This document shows, in pieces, positions 10,845-18,654 of a DNA stretch of 54,871 bases. Both the position numbers and the translations under genes were made by a program. Under the pieces are notes generated by a model. The model was not told where the DNA came from and did no database searches. It saw only the letters and a program-made list of their open reading frames with translations. The first letter of the stretch is position 1. Every line of letters starts with the position of its first letter. The stretch is from Desulfurococcales archaeon (lineage in GTDB: Archaea > Thermoproteota > Thermoprotei_A > Sulfolobales > NBVN01), in NCBI GenBank assembly GCA_027002995.1, contig JALWZB010000087.1, forward strand, positions 1 through 54,871, in the 5' to 3' direction.

Positions 10845-11144
10845 CTACTCCTCAACCATTAGCCCGGCAGCAACCTTATCCAAGAACTTAGGGTCGCTGA
10901 CATCAGATGCTAGCTTTGAGGTGATCTTGTATATTAGAGTCGCTAGGTCTTCACTTAATTCCATGACCTCACCCATCGCTATGATCTTCGGCTTGCCCTT
11001 ACCTGTCGTTACAACTAAGTGAACATTTAGGCCGACTTCATCCCTTAGGTACGATTTAATTAACTGGATCTTCTTGAGTACCTCAGGCTTGCTTCCAAAG
11101 GGTATTGAAGCTATCAGCGTTATGTCCCGCATAAATGCCCTCAC
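10845..11144 (-). CDS. Hypothetical protein
   Basis: 99 aa ORF filling the gap between genes; no recognised motif. Confidence 0.55.
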   Translation of the reverse strand: MRAFMRDITLIASIPFGSKPEVLKKIQLIKSYLRDEVGLNVHLVVTTGKGKPKIIAMGEVMELSEDLATLIYKITSKLASDVSDPKFLDKVAAGLMVEE

Positions 11145-11321
11145 CAGTACCTTAGTTAGTGGCGATACAGCTTAAAAGGCTGGTACCGTTTACTTAGTGT
11201 CGCCTGGAATTAGATGGTGTGATGATCGGCGTGCTTGGTTGTGCTTGCTTTAGTTAGTTTGCTTTATATCAAACATTTATATAGAACGACGCAATATTAT
11301 ACTTTAATGGGGTGATAGGAA

Positions 11322-11753
11322 ATGGCAGTTAAAACAAAACCAAAGGAGCTGGAGGTTGTTTACGAGGACGAGGACGTGTTAGTGGTTAGGGCACCCGACG
11401 ACGAGGAGCTGGAGAGGCTAGTTGTTGATATAATAAGGAGGAAGGGAAGGCCCGTTACCTGGAAGGAGCTGAGGAAGGAGCTGAGCGGATTAGCTGGTGA
11501 GGACAGGCTCAGGAAGGTACTGGTGCGACTGATTGAGCGTGACGTAGTGATCGAGATGATTGACGGCACGTTCGGTCTAAAGGGCATGGAAGCTACTTAC
11601 GTACCTAGGAGAATTAAGAAGCGTGTCAGGCCGTTAGTGCCGACGAAGTTCAGGGAGAGGTGGGGAGCCATAGTCGGTAGTAGGGGCAGTATCGCCGCAG
11701 CCATACAGTACCTTCGCGAGATTAAGCTAAGGGAGAAACGCGCCGTGAATTGA
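11322..11753 (+). CDS. Winged-helix DNA-binding protein, crenarchaeal
   Basis: VTWKELRKELSGLAGEDRLRKVLVRLIERDVV wHTH pattern; TTTATATA boxes and GGGGTGA SD upstream. Confidence 0.75.
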   Translation: MAVKTKPKELEVVYEDEDVLVVRAPDDEELERLVVDIIRRKGRPVTWKELRKELSGLAGEDRLRKVLVRLIERDVVIEMIDGTFGLKGMEATYVPRRIKKRVRPLVPTKFRERWGAIVGSRGSIAAAIQYLREIKLREKRAVN

Positions 11754-11889
11754 GGTTGCTGCATGCCCGCGTAGCGTTCGTGGCTTGAGCGTTGATTCTC
11801 GTTGCGCGTGTTGACTTTAAGTTCTTTTTTACTTGAAGCTCCCTGCGTGATTTACTTAACCTCCTCTCATTTAAAGAGTATTGTAGTTT

Positions 11890-12105
11890 ATGATGTGGGG
11901 GTGCTTTGTAGTGGGTTCGCCTTTAAGTGCCGAGGATTTGGGTGAGTGTGAGGAAGCTGTTGAGATTAGGTTGGTTGGTAGGTCTTACTTCGTTAGGTTG
12001 AAGTCAGGCGGTTCAGCCTTTATTCCTGTTGACAAGATATGCGAGGCTCTCAAGAGGTACGGCATCTGTGTTCCGGAGGAGCTTAAGGGTAAGTGTAAGG
12101 GGTGA
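11890..12105 (+). CDS. Small Cys-containing hypothetical protein
   Basis: 71 aa ORF converging on nfo; real start is probably downstream of the listed one. Confidence 0.5.
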   Translation: MMWGCFVVGSPLSAEDLGECEEAVEIRLVGRSYFVRLKSGGSAFIPVDKICEALKRYGICVPEELKGKCKG

Positions 12106-12110
12106 TTGCC

Positions 12111-12986
12111 CTATGCTACGCGCCGCGGTTTTGGCTTGCTCCTTAGTATTTTATGCCACGCGTCCCTAATTTTCAGCGCGTCATCCTCTAGCGAGGGAGA
12201 TTCGCAGATCAGGACACCCTTAACGTTAAAGTCTTTGAGGGCCTTCAGCACGTTCTCCCACTGGAACTCAGATTCGTGGAAGTTCAGGTGCTTCCTTTCC
12301 CCACGAGGACCGTACTCCATGCCGGACATGTGTATGTGCATGTTCTTCAAGGCTTCATTGCCGAGCCTCTTCTCTATTAATTCTAGTGCTTCAGAGAATT
12401 TCTCGTAGGTGTTGAATTCCCCTAGGCTTCTGGCGTAGAGGTGTGCGAAGTCTATAGCTATTGATGCGTTGTCTATTCCGTCCACCATGTCTATGACTTC
12501 CTCTAGGGAACCTATCTCAGCTAGTCCCCCCATGGTTTCGGGGCGAATCCAGATTTCTATTCCTTCGTTCTTGAGTTGTTTGATTATCTTCTTGAGTGCT
12601 TCTCTGACCCTTCTGACTCCTTGTTCAGAGGGTGTTTTACCGTAATACCCTGGGTGAAAGACGACAGACCATGCGCCTGCTTTATAGCCTGCCCTTGCTG
12701 AGTCGAGTATCCTCTTTATTGATGCTTCAACCTTGGCTGGGTCGTTTGAGAGGAGGTTGACGTAGTATGGGGCGTGCACGGTTAGTATGACGCCGCTTTC
12801 CTCTGCGGCCCTTCTCGTTTCCTCGGCTAGCTTATCGCTCATCCTTACTCCTCTGACAAACTCTATTTCCATTGCGTCGAGACCTAGCTCAGCTACCCTC
12901 CTGACGCCTTCGGGCGTTGATTTCTTCTTCGTTGAGTGAGGTATTCCTGCCGGACCTATGTGGAGACCGCTTGGTTTCCTACTCAA
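12111..12986 (-). CDS. nfo: Endonuclease IV (AP endonuclease, TIM barrel)
   Basis: HAPYYVNL, VFHPG, PETMG, IDFAH, HIHMSG, ERKH, ICESP. Confidence 0.92.
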   Translation of the reverse strand: MSRKPSGLHIGPAGIPHSTKKKSTPEGVRRVAELGLDAMEIEFVRGVRMSDKLAEETRRAAEESGVILTVHAPYYVNLLSNDPAKVEASIKRILDSARAGYKAGAWSVVFHPGYYGKTPSEQGVRRVREALKKIIKQLKNEGIEIWIRPETMGGLAEIGSLEEVIDMVDGIDNASIAIDFAHLYARSLGEFNTYEKFSEALELIEKRLGNEALKNMHIHMSGMEYGPRGERKHLNFHESEFQWENVLKALKDFNVKGVLICESPSLEDDALKIRDAWHKILRSKPKPRRVA

Positions 12987-13070
12987 GAAAGTTCACCCCC
13001 ACTATCATACTTTGCGGGTGAGGCTTAAACGTGCTTTCCGGTGTGGGAAGCGCATAATAGTGTTTAAGTC

Positions 13071-13412
13071 GTGTGTTATGATTGGTGGGAGAGCCTGCCC
13101 GAGCTCGTCACGCCTCCGGAGCCGAAGGAACTCAAGGAGCTTGCTAGGAGCCTCGAATCCTCGGGTATTAGCGCTAGGTACGTCTTATGGCTTGGTAATA
13201 GGTTACCTAAGTATGTGTGGGGTTATTGGGGGAAGGAGTTGAGGAGGTTGGGTGTTAGGTGGCAGGACTTCCTCTCCCTGTTCTCTGAGCTCGGAGAGGA
13301 GGTCGATGCTTGGATCTCAGGCGAGTTAAGTTGGGAGGGATTCATTGCATCCCTTAAAACCAAGTTACCTAGCAGGGGTGAGGGTCCGGTAGGCCTGCTT
13401 AAGTGGGTTTAG
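13071..13412 (+). CDS. Conserved hypothetical protein
   Basis: 113 aa Trp-rich ORF, TATA-like TTTAAG upstream. Confidence 0.6.
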   Translation: MCYDWWESLPELVTPPEPKELKELARSLESSGISARYVLWLGNRLPKYVWGYWGKELRRLGVRWQDFLSLFSELGEEVDAWISGELSWEGFIASLKTKLPSRGEGPVGLLKWV

Positions 13413-13512
13413 GGGTTGTGAGGTTAATATAAGAGTGACTACTTTTAGCTAGTAATCGATCATGGTCAGAAGTTTAAATATCTCTGTGAGCAAGGATTAG
13501 GTTGGTGGGAGT

Positions 13513-14406
13513 TTGTCTGATGTTACTTCGGGGCTCTACCCCAGCTTCGCTGACCTGCTGTGGCTCTTCTTCTTGATATGGATCTTCCTAACCTTCATAT
13601 CGCCTCAGCTGAAGTACCAGTCCCTTAAGAACGCGAGGGCCGCACTAATAAGGGAGATTGAGGCGAAACTCGGCGCGAAGGTAATAACCATGATTCACAG
13701 GCAGGAGAGGATAAGTCTCTTCGGCATACCCATATACAAGTTCATAGACATAGAGGACTCCGAGCAAGTACTTAGGGCGATAAGGTCAACACCACCCGAC
13801 CAGCCAATAGCGATGATACTGCACACGCCAGGCGGCCTAATGCTGGCAGCATCACAAATAGCTATGGCGCTGAGGCGGCACCCAGCGAAGAAGATAGTCA
13901 TAGTACCCCACTACGCCATGAGCGGAGGCACGCTAATAGCCCTAGCGGCAGACGAAATATGGATGGATCCAGACGCAGTACTAGGTCCGGTAGACCCACA
14001 ACTAACAACACAAACAGGACAATACCCAGCACCATCGATAATAAGGGTAGTCAAGGAGAAAGGCATCGACAAGGTCAGCGACCAAACACTCATCATGGCA
14101 GACATGGCAGAAAAAGCACTCAACCAAACGAAGAAACTAGTAACGAAGCTACTGGAAGGAAAACTACCCCCGCAACAAATAGAGAAGGTAATCGAAAAAC
14201 TAGTCATGGGCACATACACCCACGACTGGCCAATAACACCCGAAGACCTACAAGAACTAGGACTAAACATCAAAACACAACTACCACCCGAAATATACGA
14301 ACTCATGGAACTATACCCGCAAGAAAAACCAACACGCCCAACAGTAGAATACATACCAGGCCCAATACCACCAACCCACCCAACAAAACACACAAAACAA
14401 AAATAA
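13513..14406 (+). CDS. SDH-family ClpP-fold serine protease (DUF114)
   Basis: N-terminal TM, IHRQE, LHTPGG, AMSGGTLIALAADEI, GPVDPQ, THDWPI. Confidence 0.9.
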   Translation: MSDVTSGLYPSFADLLWLFFLIWIFLTFISPQLKYQSLKNARAALIREIEAKLGAKVITMIHRQERISLFGIPIYKFIDIEDSEQVLRAIRSTPPDQPIAMILHTPGGLMLAASQIAMALRRHPAKKIVIVPHYAMSGGTLIALAADEIWMDPDAVLGPVDPQLTTQTGQYPAPSIIRVVKEKGIDKVSDQTLIMADMAEKALNQTKKLVTKLLEGKLPPQQIEKVIEKLVMGTYTHDWPITPEDLQELGLNIKTQLPPEIYELMELYPQEKPTRPTVEYIPGPIPPTHPTKHTKQK

Positions 14407-14607
14407 AGAACCCGCAAACCACACGCAACCCCCCCACTCCTAGCTAAGAACGAAGTAAAGGTTTTGGTTCACCTAACCGATTAATCGCTAAATCCGCATT
14501 ACTAGATACTTATTCCCTAACCTAATCAAAGTATAAAACATATGCTCTTCTCATCGTGAGGTTAAGAAGTGGTGGGGGGCACCCACACACTGGTAGCGGG
14601 GGGTGGA

Positions 14608-14640
14608 CTCTCACGGGCTGGCTTCCAATCACCAGCCCGA
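14608..14640 (-). other. 33-nt tRNA intron at T-loop position 59/60
   Basis: BHB: TTCA/TGAG central helix, bulges AA|T and AG|T, outer stem CGGGCTGG/CCAGCCCG. Confidence 0.88.
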
Positions 14641-14660
14641 TTTGAACCACCGACCTCGGG

Positions 14661-14680
14661 CTCGACCCCCTTATAGGGGC
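14661..14680 (-). other. 20-nt tRNA intron at position 39/40
   Basis: GCCCCTATAAGGGGGTCGAG. BHB uses leader AGAC/GTCG as central helix (one A-G mismatch), bulges AC|G and AG|C, flanking stems CGG/CCG and CCCC/GGGG. Confidence 0.78.
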
Positions 14681-14682
14681 GT

Positions 14683-14706
14683 GTCTCCGAGGCGGGCGGC
14701 CCGGCC
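14683..14706 (-). repeat. Leader of tRNA 3' half, complementary to the 5'-half trailer
   Basis: GCCGGGCCGCCC (14705-14694) and GCCTC (14693-14689) pair with GGGCGGCCCGGC (16036-16025) and GAGGC (16044-16040). Confidence 0.9.
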
Positions 14707-14728
14707 ATCTTGTAACTCGTATAGTCAG

Positions 14729-14743
14729 CTTATATACTTTCTG
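14729..14743 (-). promoter_or_regulatory. BRE/TATA promoter for the tRNA 3' half
   Basis: CAGAAAG-TATATAAG. The first T (14736) is 30 nt upstream of a T/G step at 14706, the first base of the complementary leader. Confidence 0.7.
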
Positions 14744-14796
14744 TGAATTCTATTAATTCGGAAACTAATTCTGCAACTTTAACTAAGCACCTAAAA

Positions 14797-15864
14797 CTAA
14801 TTATAAATAAACTTTACGATTTTGTCAATCACAGCAACTTTCTCTAAATTACGAGAGCGTGTGAGAATGTCTATTGCTTCCCTTAATGAATCCCTGCACT
14901 TTTCTGTGATTTTAACCATCACCCTCTTATGGCTCACTATAGGTTTGGGCTTCAATTCGCTGTGCTCGCCAAGCCAGAGAGTTCTTACCCTATCAAAGGC
15001 TTCACGTTGCAGGTATAATACCAATACCTTACTCCTCCGAGGCTCCTTTCTTCGCTGAATATACGCTGAGCTTGCAGCTGTTATCAAACGCTGAAGTTCT
15101 CCCACCGTAAATCCGCATTCATAGTTCTTAGCCCAGTTAAGCAAGTATCTCTGTAGCCGCGCCCTTCTGATAGGATGGAATACTAATTCTAAACAGTTTC
15201 TAGCGAAATCCATTTTCAGGAACCTGAAGGAGACTTCATAATTCGGTCTCCCACGATATGTTCCAAGTACGATATATCCTCTTTGTTCGGCGTGTGTCAG
15301 GATGGAGTAAATCGTCCTCCCCTTTACGCTCCCTCCTTTAGCCACAGATACTGCAAGGTACTTTCCCTCCTTACCCACATATCCGTCTCCATCAATTAGA
15401 CCCGCAAGTAAGGCAGAGATGTAGGTACTGTCAAGACCATGTAGGTCGAACTGCCGGGACATCAGTACGTGAAGTAATTGAAGCAGGCTATCACGTTGTT
15501 TACGAAAAGTACCTTTGCTTAGGACGCTGATGCTAAAGTATCTTTTCTTCCCTCTGCTTTGAGGATAGATTCTCACTCTCAAGTAGGCGCGTAAGGGAAG
15601 GAAGGTCATTATCACCGCTATAGAGGTCTCCTTCGTGACACCCCTGAAAGTTATTGTTTTATATCCGCCGATCAGTGCAGAGAGATTCCCATCACATAAG
15701 ATTAGGCCAATGCTCTTCCATAGATACCTAGCCATAAGGTGAGGGCTGAGTTTATGATCATCATCATAATAAAACAGAGTTAGAGCATTATTTTTCTGAA
15801 TGGACTCAAGGATATCACCAATCAGTTCTTTATCAAGGTTCCGAAGTCTAACGACCCTCTCCAT
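14797..15864 (-). CDS. Two-motif LAGLIDADG homing endonuclease between the tRNA-iMet halves
   Basis: Motifs SIGLILCDGNL and LLAGLIDGDGYV; basic protein, visibly more AT-rich than neighbours. Probable ATG at 15864 with TTTATTAA at 15903-15896; the frame is open to TTG 15972. Confidence 0.85.
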   Translation of the reverse strand: MERVVRLRNLDKELIGDILESIQKNNALTLFYYDDDHKLSPHLMARYLWKSIGLILCDGNLSALIGGYKTITFRGVTKETSIAVIMTFLPLRAYLRVRIYPQSRGKKRYFSISVLSKGTFRKQRDSLLQLLHVLMSRQFDLHGLDSTYISALLAGLIDGDGYVGKEGKYLAVSVAKGGSVKGRTIYSILTHAEQRGYIVLGTYRGRPNYEVSFRFLKMDFARNCLELVFHPIRRARLQRYLLNWAKNYECGFTVGELQRLITAASSAYIQRRKEPRRSKVLVLYLQREAFDRVRTLWLGEHSELKPKPIVSHKRVMVKITEKCRDSLREAIDILTRSRNLEKVAVIDKIVKFIYN

Positions 15865-16020
15865 ACTTCCTAACGCTCCCAGTCTTATAGGTAGCTTAAT
15901 AAAGTGAGTGTCTTTACTGATGACTATGTTCGGTTTACAATTAATATTGTGCGCTCTGACTAAATGTCTCAAACTTAAGCAACTTGAGAGCCAGGAGAAC
16001 GAAGTTAAAGGATGCGTGGG

Positions 16021-16045
16021 TGGTGCCGGGCCGCCCGGGGCCTCT
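16021..16045 (-). repeat. Trailer of tRNA 5' half (AGAGGCCCCGGGCGGCCCGGCACCA)
   Basis: Complementary to 14689-14705; ends in ACCA and is followed by a pyrimidine-rich tract. Confidence 0.88.
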
Positions 16046-16116
16046 TATGAGCCCCGCGGGCTGCCTGGCTACCCCACCCCGCTGCTTTGGCCCCCCGTTC
16101 TTTGTGGGGTTGTTTG

Positions 16117-16130
16117 GTTTTTAAGTTTTG
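16117..16130 (-). promoter_or_regulatory. Probable BRE/TATA promoter for the tRNA 5' half
   Basis: CAAAA-CTTAAAAAC about 35-45 nt upstream of A1, overlapping the DUF1152 stop codon. Confidence 0.55.
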
Positions 16131-17164
16131 GTGTCTTGCTCTATTGTGTGAATTACTGTTTTACGTGCTTCTTGCTTGGCTTTTAGCCAGTCTGGTTTTG
16201 CTTGGGGTCCTGTGCCGTATAGTTTCGCGATTGTTAGTTCTAGGTCGAGTTCCGTTACTATGCCTGCTTTGTGTGCGGCGTTAAGCATCTCGTTCAGCGT
16301 TTTAGTGTGTTTTATTGTTTGGGGTAGTACGGTGACCTCCATTACGGTGTCTGTTTTGAGTACGTAGGTTATGGGTGTGTGGGGACCTATCCTGACGGTT
16401 CGGCTTCTTTCCCTTATGGCCACCTCGCCTACCTCCCCTCTTAACGCGTGGTACGCTGCCTTACCTGCCTCGGTGGTTGCTTTGGGTAGGATTTCCTCGT
16501 ATATTCTTAGGTGATCGCGCCAGAGCCCGACCGCGCCCAAGTACCCTCCCCGCTTCATGATCTCCTCAATTCTCCTGAGGACGTAGTCAGCCGGGAGCTC
16601 CCCGTCAGCCCCCGGAGCCAGGACAGCCACCGAGGAGTCGCTGAAGTGGGAGACAGCAGCGACGCTAACCGCGTCAGCCAGCGGGGACCAGAGGGAGGGC
16701 TCCCACCCCCTAGCTAGGACATCGCCGCCAACATCCAGTGCCATCAAGTGCGAGTACCCAGCCTCCCTGACCTCCTCCAGGCACTCAACAACGCCTAAGA
16801 CACCGCCCTCCAGGGTGAAGGCGGGGATCTCACCACCGAAAACCTCCGCAACGACGGAGGCGTTAGGGCGGAAAACGTAGTCCCCAGGCCTCTCAACGTA
16901 AGTGTCCTTAGACACCCATACGCACTTACCCACCCTAGCACCCCTAACGGCGTCCTTAGGCACAGGCCCGGGGAACGGGTCCTTAACCCATCGCTCCCAA
17001 AGCAGCGCCACAGGAACGCAGGACTCAACCCCAAAGAGGTCCTCGAGAACCCTACACATAACGTAAGCAGAGATAATATCCCCAGCACCACCCGCACCCA
17101 ACACAGCCACGCCCGAATCCCGAATCCTTGAAATGAATTCAGCCACACTCAAGCACCACGCCAA
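16121..17164 (-). CDS. DUF1152 family protein
   Basis: GAGGAGD, WERW..DP.PGP, DVGGDVLA.G.E..LWSPLADA, GADGEL, TEAG. Confidence 0.8.
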   Translation of the reverse strand: MAWCLSVAEFISRIRDSGVAVLGAGGAGDIISAYVMCRVLEDLFGVESCVPVALLWERWVKDPFPGPVPKDAVRGARVGKCVWVSKDTYVERPGDYVFRPNASVVAEVFGGEIPAFTLEGGVLGVVECLEEVREAGYSHLMALDVGGDVLARGWEPSLWSPLADAVSVAAVSHFSDSSVAVLAPGADGELPADYVLRRIEEIMKRGGYLGAVGLWRDHLRIYEEILPKATTEAGKAAYHALRGEVGEVAIRERSRTVRIGPHTPITYVLKTDTVMEVTVLPQTIKHTKTLNEMLNAAHKAGIVTELDLELTIAKLYGTGPQAKPDWLKAKQEARKTVIHTIEQDTKT

Positions 17165-17232
17165 GGAGGGTTTTGGGCCGGCCCCATTTAAGTTTATATT
17201 TCTTCATTAACAGTGCTAGGAGGGTAAGAGGA

Positions 17233-17964
17233 TTGACGTTTGGACCACCTGCAATGGGTTACGATAGAGCAATAACTGTGTTCTCACCGGATGGCAAGCT
17301 TTACCAAGTTGAGTACGCCGCCGAAAACATCAAGAAGGGATGGACCACCGTAGCGGTCAAGATAAGGGACGCCGCACTAATCGCGGCCGAGAAGAGGCGC
17401 ATAGCCCCACTCATAGACATGAAGGACATAGTCAAGATCTACATAATAGACACGCACATAGGCTCCTCCTTCGCAGGACTAGCCGCTGACGGCAGGATAC
17501 TCATCGACTACGCTAGGAAAGTAGCGATGAACTACAGGTTCATCTACGACGAACCCGCCGACGTGGAGTACGTCGTAAGGAACGTGTGCGACATCAAGCA
17601 AATATACACGCAGCACGCCGGAGTAAGACCCTTCGGCGTATCCCTAGTCTTCGCAGGGTACGACAAGAAAGGACCGCAATTATTTAAGACCGAAATTAAC
17701 GGGTACTACTTCTCCTACAAGGCCCTAGCCCTAGGCTCGGGAGACCAGGCAGCCACGGAGTACCTAGAGAAGCACTACAGGGACGACATGGACAGGGAGG
17801 AAGCCGTGAAGCTAGCGCTAAGCGCGCTGAGAGCCTCCACGGGCTCACCGCTATCACCAGACCTCGTAGAGCTAGGGATAATCACCGAGGACGACAAGAC
17901 CTTCAGGAAGCTCACCATGGAGGAGATAACTAAATACATCAGGGCAGCCGGTGTTGATAAATGA
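17233..17964 (+). CDS. psmA: Proteasome subunit alpha
   Basis: [37 protein letters not shown] start at 17233 preferred over 17173. Confidence 0.97.
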   Translation: MTFGPPAMGYDRAITVFSPDGKLYQVEYAAENIKKGWTTVAVKIRDAALIAAEKRRIAPLIDMKDIVKIYIIDTHIGSSFAGLAADGRILIDYARKVAMNYRFIYDEPADVEYVVRNVCDIKQIYTQHAGVRPFGVSLVFAGYDKKGPQLFKTEINGYYFSYKALALGSGDQAATEYLEKHYRDDMDREEAVKLALSALRASTGSPLSPDLVELGIITEDDKTFRKLTMEEITKYIRAAGVDK

Positions 17965-18653
17965 CCCACGAATACGTGATAGCCAGGTACGAGAAGGGAA
18001 AGCATAAGTTCGAGATACTGGTGGATCCGGACAAGGCCTTCAAGTACAGGGAAGGCGAGAAGATACCGATAGATGATGTACTGGTTGGGGACTACATATA
18101 CAAGGATGCGAGGAAAGGAGATAGGGCATCGCCGGAGGAGGTCAAGAAAGTATTCGGCACAACAGACATCAAGAAGGTTGCGGACACCATACTGAGGAAG
18201 GGCGAACTACAGTTAACCACCGCCCAGAGAAGGAAGCTACTGGAGGCTAAGAGGAGGTTAATCATTAACTACATAGCCCGCTCAGCAATAGATCCGAGAA
18301 CCAAGACACCCATACCGCCTCAGAGGATCGAGAAGGCTATGGAGGAAGCTAAGGTAGCTGTGGATCTCTACAAGAGCGTTGAGGAGCAAGCAGCCAAGAT
18401 AGTTAAGGCAATAGCAAGGCACCTCCCCATAAAGATAGCTAGGGCTTTAATCACTGTGAGGGTGCCGCCAGCTGTCGCTGGGAGGGCGTACTCCGAACTA
18501 AGGAGGTTGGGGGAAGTCAAGAACGAGAGGTGGTTAAACGATGGCTCACTCCTAATTGAGATAGAGATACCCGCAGGAATGCAGGGAGAGGTAATGGACT
18601 CCATAAGCCGCGCCACCCGCGGCATGGCTGAAGTTAAGGTCAAGGTGATGTGA
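17961..18653 (+). CDS. Ribosome maturation factor SBDS/Sdo1
   Basis: [28 protein letters not shown]; canonical position after psmA. Confidence 0.95.
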   Translation: MTHEYVIARYEKGKHKFEILVDPDKAFKYREGEKIPIDDVLVGDYIYKDARKGDRASPEEVKKVFGTTDIKKVADTILRKGELQLTTAQRRKLLEAKRRLIINYIARSAIDPRTKTPIPPQRIEKAMEEAKVAVDLYKSVEEQAAKIVKAIARHLPIKIARALITVRVPPAVAGRAYSELRRLGEVKNERWLNDGSLLIEIEIPAGMQGEVMDSISRATRGMAEVKVKVM

Positions 18654-18654
18654 G

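Larger units (their letters stand above)
14591..16083 (-). tRNA. Initiator tRNA-Met(CAU), four exons: 16083-16046, 14682-14681, 14660-14641, 14607-14591 (split gene or giant-intron gene)
   Basis: The joined exons give a 77-nt cloverleaf: AGCGGGGTGGGGTAGCCAGGCAGCCCGCGGGGCTCATA-AC-CCCGAGGTCGGTGGTTCAAA-TCCACCCCCCGCTACCA. It has A1-U72, GGG/CCC in the anticodon stem, a CAU anticodon and encoded CCA. All three junctions form BHB-type motifs. Confidence 0.92.

Noticed and set aside
13959..14447. 162-aa Thr/Arg/Asn-rich ORF and the antisense 168-aa ORF
   Set aside because: Shadow frames of the protease gene caused by the A/C-rich composition
14591..16083. Interpretation as attL/attR of an integrated virus or plasmid, or as a group I intron
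   Set aside because: The tRNA pieces are complementary halves rather than a duplication, and there is no integrase. The junctions are BHB motifs, and the roughly 90-160 nt beside the ORF show no recognisable ribozyme core.
15908..16284. Plus-strand ORFs 15908-16186 and 16087-16284
   Set aside because: Antisense to the tRNA 5' half and DUF1152; low-complexity G/T-rich translation
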